From positions 53,679 to 88,308 of the forward strand of contig NW_027192194.1 in the NCBI RefSeq assembly GCF_041956535.1: a stretch of 34,630 bases of DNA, given 5' to 3'. Below are positions 24,381 to 34,630 of this stretch, one piece after another (positions within the stretch are counted from its first letter, which is position 1; every line of letters starts with the position of its first letter). The notes beneath the pieces are model-generated. The model saw only the letters and a list, made by a program, of their open reading frames with translations. It did not search any database and was not told where the DNA came from. The stretch is from Calcarisporiella thermophila CBS 279.70. Taxonomy: Eukaryota; Fungi; Calcarisporiellomycota. Made by a program: the position numbers and the translations under genes.

Positions 24381-27009
24381 CTAGACAGCCGACACAATCT
24401 CATCTGCTTTCTGCAGAGCCTCAATCATCTTCTTACACTCCTTTCTTCGTTGGATGGTAAATTCGCTCTCACCGAGCATAGACTCAAGTTGGTCAGGGCG
24501 ATAAAGTTCTTGCAATAGCTCACGCTGGAGTTCTTCTTTTGCATGATTCACAAGATTAAGGACAATGGCCTTTGGGACCATATCGACCATAGTGCGCTTG
24601 ACGATATTGAAATAAGATTGAATTAGAAGTTTAATAACTTCGGTCTCAATTGTCTCGCGTTCACTAAGAGTCGTGGAGGCTTTCAGAACGGGAGGTGGCT
24701 ATATTATTCGCAAATGTGTACGTTAGCAAGTTAATCCTCATGCATGTATTTGATAGGAGCAGTGAGTTACCGGTTCCAACACTCCACTCTTCTTCTTCTT
24801 ATTTGTAAAGAAACTGCCAAAGAACGAAGAAGAGTTCGTGTCTTCGGCCAGTAGACTAGAGGGCAAGCTGGTTGTGGAGCCAGAGCGCAACTTGGGATCA
24901 TTTGCCGGAGGTTGAGGCTTAGAAGCATTGATCCGTTCGTTTACCACCGCCATTGCCTTGTGGCCATTAAGGAAATCAGGGTGAGCAGTATTAATATAGC
25001 AGGCCTCCATACTTTAGAAGGTTTCGCCATAGGTTAGAAGTGAATAAAGCGATGCAAGGATACTGGATTGCAATACTCACGCAACAAGATCTTGTACCAA
25101 TTTGTTCGTGGGAGATATGGCCTTCTTGAAGAACCCAATTACGGTCTGGTAAAATTTCTCTCGAAGAGCCGGGAAACGTTTGAAAGTCTGCTTCGCAAGT
25201 AGTTGGCCCAGAATTCTCACCAGCTCATCGTAGACCAACGACACGCACTTCAGACTTGGCTCTTCTAATCTCTTTATTTGCTGCTTTATAATAACCTCAA
25301 AGGCCGTGGTGGCGACAAAAAGTGCCGGTGAAGATCCCTATAACGTTGTGATAAAACTCAATCACACTATTTCAAACTTTGCTATGGATAAAGGAAGAGC
25401 ATACCGAGCTATTATATAATATAGTTCGAATATCTACATCCTTCACTTGATCGAAAGGATCGATGCTCTTCACTCCATTTGCATAAATTTCGTGAAAAAC
25501 GAAGCTTATACGAGCACCACCAGACAACTCAAAGCTTGACAGTTCATTCGATTTCCCATCGATGATCGTGCGGAAATCATTGCAGAATTCGGTGATAATA
25601 CTCAGAGTTAGATTGGCTTGTAGTGAAGGGTTGTCGACAGGATCCCCAAGTTGCCCAAGCTCGGTTTGATATTTTGTAAGCGCTGCTTGAATTTTGGCCT
25701 TGATTTCAGGAAGTGTATTGCGAATATGATGCATTAAAATCTTTGAATAAAAAAGGAGTTAGTTAAATTGTGGAGATCATATTGGTTAGAATCGTGCAGA
25801 CCATGTTGAGCTTGCGAGCAAGGAAAGGTGTACCACAGTATTGTGCTTTACTTCTGTAAGAGACATGATTTTCAAAGAAGAGTCGCTCTGCATCTAACGC
25901 GGATTTTATTGATTTTTTGGTTTCAACGTCACGCTGGCCACGATTTACAACCGGCACATAACCTGCAAATATAAGGAAAATTTGTTCAATCAATATTAAT
26001 GGCTTGTATTGAGGGAAATGAATAGTCGAAAAATCTCAGTTGTTTACCAAGGCGAAGTGGAATGATTTTATTAGCCAAGATGTCCACCACGTCCGTTCCC
26101 TGATCCATCAGATCTACCTTTGTCAATACACCAATAGTGCGTGAGCCTTCCGGATCGACCTCCCGGGCTAGCTTCAACCCGTCTGAATTTGCGAGGTCGG
26201 TGTTTGCAGCTGTAACTGCGAGGATGATGGCGTTGGGCTTACTAATATATTTCAATACCATTTCACGGATTTGCTTCTCGATATCTTTGGGTTGATCCCC
26301 AACTGGTACCTAGAATGCCAAGGTATGTTCATTAAGTAGTCCATTTGATTGCAGTCAATGAAAACCAAAAAATTTACTTTAGTAAGCCCAGGAAGATCTA
26401 CTAAAGTCAATGTTAAAACATTAGGCGAATAGACACGCAAATTGATCGGCTGGGGCGAGATTCCTACGTATTCGAAATTTTCCATGAATTATAGCGAGAA
26501 GAAGAATTAAGAGCCTACTTTTTTTTCTTACTCACCAGCATTTTTGCCGGTCTTAACTTCAGTGTCACGCACAATTTCATCGCGAATTTCATCAAAATTA
26601 TAGAAACGCTTTCCAGGAAGATGTAGGAATTCTCCATATTCTTCTGTACTAGTTTGCGGTACTTCCTCTTCGCTATTTTGCTTATTTTCCAATAAACCAT
26701 TTACTTTCGTTGCCGGTTTGTTAATAAGTTGTAGGATCTAGTTACAATTGACATTAGTATACAATCAATCTTATTATCTTCACTTAAATTTTTATTCTAT
26801 TTTACCAGAGGCCGTCGCGTTACGATGCCCGTCCCTCGTGGTAAGAAATCGCGTCCTACAATGTTTTCCAAAACAGAGCTCTTCCCGCTTGACTGAGCAC
26901 CGACTACCACGATTTGCGGTAAATCGATTGGATTGTGAACACCAACCATGGAGAACGCATCCTGAAGCTTGTTGACTGTTTTGATGAGGGATGAACTGAG
27001 ATCAGACAT
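24381..27009 (-). CDS. VPS1: Dynamin-like GTPase Vps1; about 9 exons
   Basis: Motifs are '[41 protein letters not shown]', '[11 protein letters not shown]', '[16 protein letters not shown]', '[12 protein letters not shown]', 'FFGSFF' and the GED '[12 protein letters not shown]...[22 protein letters not shown]'. Confidence 0.95.
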
Positions 27010-27257
27010 CCTGCTTTCTAATTGCTTAAAGAATCTGGTAACAAGAAAATAGTCAAATTCAGTCTTTAGCCATCTTTTATTAATTATGTACAACGGCATC
27101 TCATTACCTCTACACACCACAAACAAAGGTGAAAATGCCTGGATAAATTTCAGGAAAAACTAGAGCAAGTTTCAGTTACATTCTGTCCCTTGGCAGCTGA
27201 GGTTAGAATAGAATCCAAAGAGGATGACGTCGACTGACACTATTTTTTAATTTTCTA

Positions 27258-27282
27258 ACGCGTTTTAATATCCCGTACGCGA
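27258..27282. promoter_or_regulatory. MCB-like elements (ACGCGT, ACGCGA) just upstream of CENP-K
   Basis: ACGCGT at 27258-27263 and ACGCGA at 27277-27282 lie in an AT-rich promoter, 24-48 bp before the ATG. Confidence 0.45.
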
Positions 27283-27305
27283 GTTCATGACATTCTAATT
27301 TAATA

Positions 27306-28518
27306 ATGCAAAATATTAGACAGTTAATTTATCAGGCCAAACTTCACCCACAGATATATGGCCCAGACACTGCGGGTCCAAATGCAAGAGTGCTCGAAGC
27401 CATTGAAATCTTAAAGCAGGAATGTGAAGATGCAAGATCGCGACTAGAATTAGTTGAGTACATATATAAAAGGTGCGTTTACCAAATACTTAACAATTGA
27501 CAACATGGTAGGCACATTCACGGATAGGTAGCACCGTTGCACAAGATGAAGTGAAAATGCAGGTAGATATATGATGATATAAATTATTCTCGAAATTGTT
27601 AATTTTACTAATTTTGTATCAGAGACTGCGAGTGTTAAAAGCAGAGGAGCGAAGATTGAATAAAGAAATAGCACAGCAAACAAATGGTAATTTGCATAGT
27701 CAAAATAGAGTGTAAATCATTTAACCGATATCATTTTCCTAGCTTCTTCGTTGATCGAGAGTACACATGAAGAAGTTTTGCGAGTGTTAGTCAAGGATCA
27801 CATAAACAGGACAATCCAGCAATATCGCAATGCTCTAATAGGGTTGCGACAAGAACTGCGAGATACAGAAGCAAATTTGGCAAGGTGTGTGGTTGTATCT
27901 GTTATCTCATATTAGTTTGCATTGGACTCTATTTCTATCTTCGCACTTAGGGAAAGAGAGATTCTCAACGAGTCATTAGAAATAGAAACAGCTCTACAGA
28001 GAAAGCTTGAGTCACTGCAAACTTCGTCTAGCACATACAACTCAAAATTAAGGTAATATTGCATGGGATTATATGACCTAGTAACGGCAATATTCTCACT
28101 TAGAATCTACCGCAATAGCGAAACGAAGCAAGAGATTTCTGCCGTAAAAAAAAGGAGCCACCGAATCATGACTGAACTGGTCAAATTCATTGACAAATAT
28201 TACCCTCCCCGTTACATCGAAGCAAGAGTATGTGTCTGTAGTCATAGCACGCGCATAGATGTTTAAGTTAATATTTTTCTCTAGGAGAGACGTGGTCCAC
28301 TTGATGATATGTTCGGAGTTAACCAAAAAACTAGTTCCCTGAAATCTATTCTTGAAGATCTTATGAATTTGGCGGTGGCAAGACCAGGGGACGCTTATGT
28401 ACAAATTCGCCCTGATATCCATTGGCCGCCATATATTGAGTTACTAGTGAAGGCAGGGATTGCGACCCGACACCCGAGAGACGCTTCAAAGATAAAACTA
28501 GTGGAATTTCATATTTAA
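27306..28518 (+). CDS. CENPK: Centromere protein K (CCAN, CENP-K/Sim4/Mcm22 family); about 7 exons
   Basis: The coiled-coil N-terminal exons splice in frame. The last exon 'LKSILEDLMNLAVARPGDAYVQIRPDIHWPPYIELLVKAGIATRHPRDASKIKLVEF' matches the CENP-K C-terminal signature (WPPY.ELL...GIA.RHP.D...I.L). Confidence 0.88.
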
Positions 28519-28720
28519 TTACATTGTGTTATTTCGTCCCCATATTGTAATTATAGTAATTTGTTATTATTAACAAAAGTATTCATGCTATAAATGACTT
28601 TTATTCATTTTGAAGAACGTGATAAGAAAATATAGAAAACTTCAGACTGCTTTGATCAATCGATTGTTTTTTTTCTTCATACATATTATCAATAGCCACC
28701 AATGCATACGAGAAATAGCA

Positions 28721-30244
28721 TTATTTGTTCCAATTTTTATCAATGCGCCATGAGAGTGGACGGTTAGCATAGAATGGGACCACTTTTGCATTTCCCTCTT
28801 CCGAGCTATAACCATAACTTGCAGGCACTAGATTATCGTCTTGCACCAGTGTCACTGTGCGCTGCTCTGGAGGTATGCCATAAAATCGCCTTCCGTTTTC
28901 ACATGCAAAGGAAGATAAATTGTTCAGTGCGCCAAATGATTCAAGGAGTGTGGCAAGATAAGGTAGAACAAGTGGCGAAGTGAACACGCCAGCACACGCG
29001 GTAGCACATTCCTTAAGGTGAGCAGGATGAGGGGCAGAATCAGTCCCGAGGAAGAACCGTGGGTGGCCTATATCAAAGATAGTAAACAATTAGACATGAA
29101 TAGATAACGAAAAGACCTAAACAATAGTTATATTCGAGCAATTGAAAACATCAGATCAGGCCAAAATGAATCTTCACTCAATTGCGATAGAAAATGTGCC
29201 TTCCTAGGACATTCCAAAACCTCAAGAGCAACTCAAGGGTTTCAAAATTTGAGGATGCAAGTTTCATAATCGCAGTAGTCCAAACATATCCTCTTGGTTT
29301 TTTTCTCGATCATCACTTGTCTTTTAAACACATATTTTTTATAAGCAACTCACCTTCCTTGATTACATCTCGTAGTGCTTGTCGATCATGCGGGAATTTA
29401 GCAACTGGTTTGCAAAAGTGGTGACATTGTCCTGCCCAGTCATCCACGATCAATTGTAAATGGTGCACAGTGATCGTGCAACCTACCGTGTCCCCAAGTG
29501 ACTTTACCATCTCGACTGCTGCGCGTGTGGTTGCGTGCTCAAGCACAATACGCAGACGAGGAAAGTCTCGGTGAAGTTGTGCTAGATGAGTAAGGAATTT
29601 TTCCTCGGCATTCAGTACACATACATCCTAAAGAGAAAAAGGAAAATAAAGGCTGAGTTCATGTTAACGCTAAAGTAATGGCAATAAAAAATCACCTTTT
29701 CTGCATCGCTCGGGATTTCTCCATGTAAATTCAGCACAAGCCCTTCTTCTTCCATTGCCCGGAATACTGGGTAATAGGTCTCGTAAGATTCAATCCCTGA
29801 ATCGCTATTTGTCGTCACTCCGCGAGGATATGATTTGACTCCTAGATAAATACATTATATTCAAGCACATTATCTCAAGAAATAGAATGGTAATTCATAA
29901 GCTACCAGCGATTCCAGCCTTGCTGGCTTTCCTAATTTCTTCAGGAGTCAACTCAGGAGATAGGTAGAGCGTCATTAAAAACTGAACTCCAGGAGCCAGC
30001 TCTTCCAATTGTGCCTTATATTTTAACGCTTGGTCAACCGACGTGATCGGTGGTTTAAGATTGGGCTAAAAAGTATCATCAGCGTAATCATACTAAAGAT
30101 GAAAATTTGTTCGCAACGAACCATAACGTAGGCTAACGAAACACCACCTTCGGCGACTTGTGGTGTAACAAGACGCATAAGATCTCCTTGGCGAAGATGC
30201 ACATGGAAATCGGCGGCTGCTGGGACCGTAATAATGGCAGACAT
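28721..30244 (-). CDS. URA4: Dihydroorotase (homodimeric type); about 5 exons
   Basis: Motifs are 'DFHVHLRQG', 'YVM|PNL', 'KSYPRGVTTNS', 'LNLHGE', 'VLEHATT', 'HHFCKPVAK' and 'FFLGTDSAPHP'. Confidence 0.96.
29145..29323 (-). ncRNA. Candidate intron-encoded box C/D snoRNA/scaRNA-like RNA (about 179 nt)
   Basis: On the sense strand of the long URA4 intron it reads AAGACA-A-GTGATGA (box C, 29316-29310) ... GTGAAGA (C'-like) ... T-CTGA (box D, 29154-29151)-TGTTTT. It has a 6-bp terminal stem and three internal hairpins. Confidence 0.6.
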
Positions 30245-30407
30245 TAATACTATTGTTTAAATTTTTTCGTATTCGGATCACAACTTCGAGTAAATTCAAT
30301 GCAAAACCCAAATTTTGAATCTCAGAGGGTCTTGCGCAGATATTCAATGAATATTGGAGGAGATTATGGTACATAATTTTATGATTAGATTACATTCCAA
30401 ATAGCTC

Positions 30408-32619
30408 TCAATCCACTCTCTTGCGTTTCTTCTTCGGATTTTCATGGTACTCCAACTTCTTCGCTCCCAAGCTTTTTTCCTCATCCAAACCTACTTCCTC
30501 GCCTTTCATACCCATAGTATTTACATCCTTTTCCCCTGATAGAATGCCTGCCCAATAACGCTCCCATTTCACGACTCTAATTTCTCCTGCCTCTTGTAAA
30601 CTCTCCGCCTCCTTCCACTTATTTTTTAGTTTCCCAGTTGGCACGTTTTCAATGTTTTCCTCCTCTTTCACAACCAAACAACACCTGGTGCTATCTAGCC
30701 ATTTTATCTGCAATGGCTCTAATCTTGAAAACAAGCTACGAAGTGTCTGGGTCGTAAAAGTTTCAGGAACATTAAACAGGAAAAAGTGATTTGGACGCGG
30801 TTTGGGTGGTGGCTCAGGAGCGGTGAGATCAAGGAATGGAACTGGAGAATACATGAGATAGACACGATTATAGTAAGCGCTAAGATCGGAATGAGAAAGA
30901 TAAAGCGAAGACAGGTTTTTCGATACAACTTCCGCTGATTGTTCAGCAGGTGACCTTTCGGTGACGCTTGTATCCATTTTGCTCCCATTCTCCACCATTT
31001 TCTCATTTTCCTCGATTCGTTGATCAGCAATTTCTAGTTCTGTATCTTTTCTCTTCTCCTCAAATCTCTCCTCCTCCTTCGCGGTTTCTACGGGAAAAAT
31101 TGTAAGTAAGGGAAGAGGGAAGGGAGGGGATGATAAGTTAAAAATTTAAATCAAAATTTCAGTCTAACCTTTAAATATGACAAGATGAGCCATGCGAAGC
31201 AAAGCGCATCCAGTTAGATATGAGTCGTAGCCTGCTTCATGTAGTGCCATTTCCGTATCTATTTTTGCATCATCCGGCTGTGAATACCTCTGAAAATTTT
31301 CCTCGAAAACTGCACAAATACCTCGAGATCAGCATGAGTATAAAAACCTTAAACATAATGTATTACCTATTTTTGGCCCTAATTTCGCAAATTGCCCATG
31401 CTGTGTAATTTCATATAATGCCGCAAGACCAGATGCCCCAATATGCGTCTAATATAACAAGTGGAGTCAAATATTTATGGCATCCTCATTATTTTAAGGA
31501 TAAATACCTTAAGTAGCGGTTGATTTTCTGCAACATATTTAGTATCAATAATAACTCCAAATAGTTTTAGTAAGAGCTCTTTATACTCCTCCAATGTTTC
31601 GGGCAGGTCTTGAACAAAGTGGTGAACGAGATGACAAAGATCATACATGCAATTGTGTCCGATCAGTGGCTTTTTCGCCTCTATAAGGGCATCAATCACT
31701 TGGCGGAAGTTAGGAGATAGTTGACTGCCTTCCTCTAGGCTTTTGGCCCGTTCTTCCTCATTAAGTCGGGTTACTTCTATGCTTTTTTCTTGGCTTACGC
31801 CTTGAAGGAAACCATTATGCCTTTAAAGAAACGTCATCAGAATAAGTATTATAAAGTGGTCCAATAAAAATAGATCAATAGACGTACTTTTTTAACTCTT
31901 GGTACACTAATCGCCGCAGATAGCTATTCCCCGCTGGAATATTTAGCTTGGATTGTCCAGCATTCTGGAGCCAATCGTATATTTGTTGTCTATAAAAGAT
32001 AAAGAAGTATATTCTAACTAAAACAATGCGGATATCAACGAAAATAGTACATACCTTACGCCCTGCAAAAACTCTCTATTAGAATCATCTTCTGCAATAT
32101 CCGGTTGATTTAAAACTTCTTGGATTTTCTCCTTCGCTTCTATTTCGCTCTCTTTGCTCATGTATGGTATCCCATTTAAGAATAGCTTGTTAAAATCAAA
32201 TCCATGCCCAGCAAGAAATTTAAGGCTAGAGCTGTCAGAAGTAAACCATCGATTGGGGGAGTCGCGATTTGGTCCTTCTCCGGGAAACACAAAGAAATTG
32301 AATGGCCGAGCAACAAAGGATTGGTTAGAAGGAGAAAATGTAAATGTAGTTAACCCAAACTGTATTATACGAAATTGTCCGGAAGTAATTCGATGCTTTT
32401 CGTATCGTGTCCCTGGGTCATCTAGTAAGTTCTCGCGTTCGGGAGGCTCATTCAATCCTAAGGCGATTAAAAAATTCAAATTGGTTAATTCACTAATTCA
32501 ATTCGATGTTTCGATAGTATACCAGTAAGTTCTGTGTCTATCGCGATGAAATCAGCTTTTCGAATAGCCTCCTTAATCATCGGGAGTAATTTCCCGAAGT
32601 TATCGCGTAGTACCTCCAT
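30408..32619 (-). CDS. PARN: Poly(A)-specific ribonuclease PARN (CAF1/DEDD family, with R3H- and RRM-like regions); about 7 exons
   Basis: It starts MEVLRDNF...ADFIAIDTELTG and contains 'FRIIQFGLTTF', 'FLAGHGFDFNK', 'LIGHNCMYDL', 'IIDTKY' and 'HEAGYDSYLTG'. The C-terminus has an RRM-like segment and the NLS-like PKKKRKRVD. Confidence 0.92.
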
Positions 32620-32825
32620 AGCTTTAAATGAAAAGCCTTGCAACGGTCCGAATTTCACTCTGTATTATCACTTATTTTAATTGGAATTTATGACTGCTTG
32701 TTTCGAAGTTATTTGTGATGTCACCCAAATTTTTTGTTGTAAAATAGGAGTGGACCTAGCAATTAAAAGCTTATTCTTCTCTCTTCATTTCGCCTTATCC
32801 TCTTTACTTCCCCTAGGATTTCATA

Positions 32826-33464
32826 ATGGTAATAGTTTGTGACATAGTCTGGATCCCTTGTTATCCATGTTTTTTTAAAGAATATGGGAGAAAGGGTTGG
32901 CATTTTGATTTAGAAGTAGTGCAACATTAACCACCATCATCTCCATCATCTAGTCGAGCGGAGTCGCGGTCAACGGTCAATGTCTGGAAGTTTTTCAGAG
33001 TTTGAAGTTAAGGAAAACCTCTAAGTACATCATCTTTTCGCTATCACCCGATTTCAAAGAAATTGTGGTGGAAAAGACCGGCGAGAACGCTTCCTACGAT
33101 GAGTTCGTTGAAATGCTCCCACCCAATGAATGCCGCTATGCTATCTATGATTTCGAGTATGAAAGGCCCGGGGAGGGAACGCGTAATAAGATTTGTTTCT
33201 ACGCTTGGTAATTGAAAAGTCTTTAACTGCTCAATATATACGCTCCACTTCGAGCAATTCTGATTTGTTGATTGGATTTTTTTTGGCCTCATGTTTGATA
33301 GGTCCCCTGATACCTCTAAGATCAAGCAGAAGATGCTTTATGCCTCAAGCAAAGATGCCCTACGGCGGCAATTGGTTGGTATTGGAGCTGAAATCCAAGG
33401 CACAGATCACGCAGAAGTGTCATACGAAGCTGTGTTAGAAAAGGTGTTGCGCTCGTCGTCTTAA
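32826..33464 (+). CDS. COF1: Cofilin / actin-depolymerizing factor; 3 exons (first exon is ATG only)
   Basis: ATG is followed by intron 32829-32953, then SSGVAVN...'[11 protein letters not shown]', 'RNKICFYAW|SPD...[24 protein letters not shown]'. Confidence 0.96.
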
Positions 33465-33714
33465 ACAGTTTTCATCATGATATACATTTCTGTATGACAT
33501 TAACTCTTTTTTTTCTGAATAATACTTTTTAAATTTTTCTTTTTGCTTCTCATGTGCGTATTGAAGAGAAAAATATCTTCAATTTATATATTTGAAATAG
33601 ACATATTTTTGGAAGGTGGAGCATATTTAAGAACGGTCTTTTTATGTCAAATGCTTATATGACATCTAGTATAGGCTAGGTGGTGGCAGAATACAGTTCC
33701 GTTTATTAGCAAAA

Positions 33715-34123
33715 TTAATCAAAAAGACCAAAGCCCATATCATCGTCTTCCTCCTCCTCTTCTTCTTTCTTATCCTCTTTTTTCTCCTCAACAGCAGCGG
33801 TGGCACCCGCTGTAGTAGTACCAGCAGTAGCGGTAGCAGAAGGGGCGGCTAAGACAATCGAAATAAAATATTAGAGAAAATGATAATAAAAATTAATGAT
33901 CTAAAAAAACAATCAAAATGAATGACTCACCAGATCCAATCTTTTGCAACATCTCCTTCACATTCTTGCCTTCAAGGGCTTTAGCAAAAACAGAAGCCCA
34001 CACAGGCTCAACTTCTACTCCGGCAGCCTTGCAGAGGGCCAAGAGCTTATCGGTGGAAATTTCAACACCGTCATCAGCAAGGATGAGGGAAGCGTACACA
34101 ATGGCGAGTTCAGAGGAAGACAT
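33715..34123 (-). CDS. RPP1: 60S acidic ribosomal protein P1; 2 exons
   Basis: It reads '[49 protein letters not shown]', then an Ala-rich hinge and the C-terminal '[15 protein letters not shown]'. Confidence 0.96.
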
Positions 34124-34263
34124 CTTTAACATAGACTAAATGGAAATCGCAATGCACAAAGCGTGTTTAAGTCCAGAGGGACGGCAATGAGCTATGCGAT
34201 TAAGGTAGGATGGATGGATGGATGAAAATGAATGCAATATATCTTTAAGACTAAAATAGCATA

Positions 34264-34271
34264 TGTGACTG
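34264..34271 (-). promoter_or_regulatory. Homol-D box (CAGTCACA) upstream of RPP1
   Basis: TGTGACTG on the + strand, about 140 bp upstream of the RPP1 ATG. Confidence 0.65.
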
Positions 34272-34630
34272 TTTTTATGTCTATAGTAATCAGATCAAAA
34301 TTCCAAAGTATAGTAAAAAAACTGAATATATAGGGCCAGACCTGAGAAAAACTGGCAATAAAGTTCAAGATAAGAACACTCCAAAAAATATAAAAGGCGC
34401 TTATATATAAATATAATGCTAGTTTGTTGATCGATTCACACTATTGTGGTGATGAATAGTGATATTTATTGCCAACTTAAAATGCCTAATTCTGAAAACT
34501 AGAGGTAAAAAAATGGGTTTTGCTCTCATAAACAAATAAGTGTATCTAAAGATTTGCTATATACAAGTTAAATCTAAAATCTATACAGTTATTATATTTA
34601 CTTTTTTTCTTTTGCCAAGCCGTTCCAATA

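Noticed and set aside
29195-29280. U14-like words (CCTTCCTAGGA, TCGCAGT) on the + strand in the URA4 intron
   Set aside because: They are in the wrong order for U14 domains A and B and on the opposite strand to the C/D boxes.
34449-34495. GTGATGA...CTGA pair upstream of RPP1
   Set aside because: It spans only about 47 nt with no convincing terminal stem, too short for a C/D snoRNA.

Overview
A gene-dense eukaryotic window from a fungus. An early-diverging lineage (Mucoromycota/Zoopagomycota-like) is inferred from the protein sequences, the PARN and CENP-K-type genes, and the many short 55-125 nt GT-AG introns. It holds tRNA-Arg(ACG) and 14 mostly housekeeping protein genes: PNS1/CTL transporter, VLCFA 3-ketoacyl-CoA reductase, two alpha/beta hydrolases, an MCT-type MFS transporter, RRP12, RHO3, LYS1, VPS1, CENP-K, URA4, PARN, cofilin and ribosomal P1. 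The most interesting non-coding signals are: (i) an approx. 179-nt structured box C/D RNA candidate with canonical kink-turn geometry inside the only unusually long intron (URA4); (ii) a CACTA/En-Spm-like non-autonomous element with approx. 100-bp TIRs and an AAT target-site duplication, spanning what is probably a false 400-N gap; (iii) Homol-D (CAGTCACA) boxes upstream of both ribosome-related genes; (iv) an accessory 7.1-12.7 kb segment with diverged direct repeats, a decayed FAR1/MULE-like ORF and a decayed Cys-rich repeat gene; and (v) frequent AAG 3' splice sites. All calls are by eye from the sequence; no database searches or folding computations were run.
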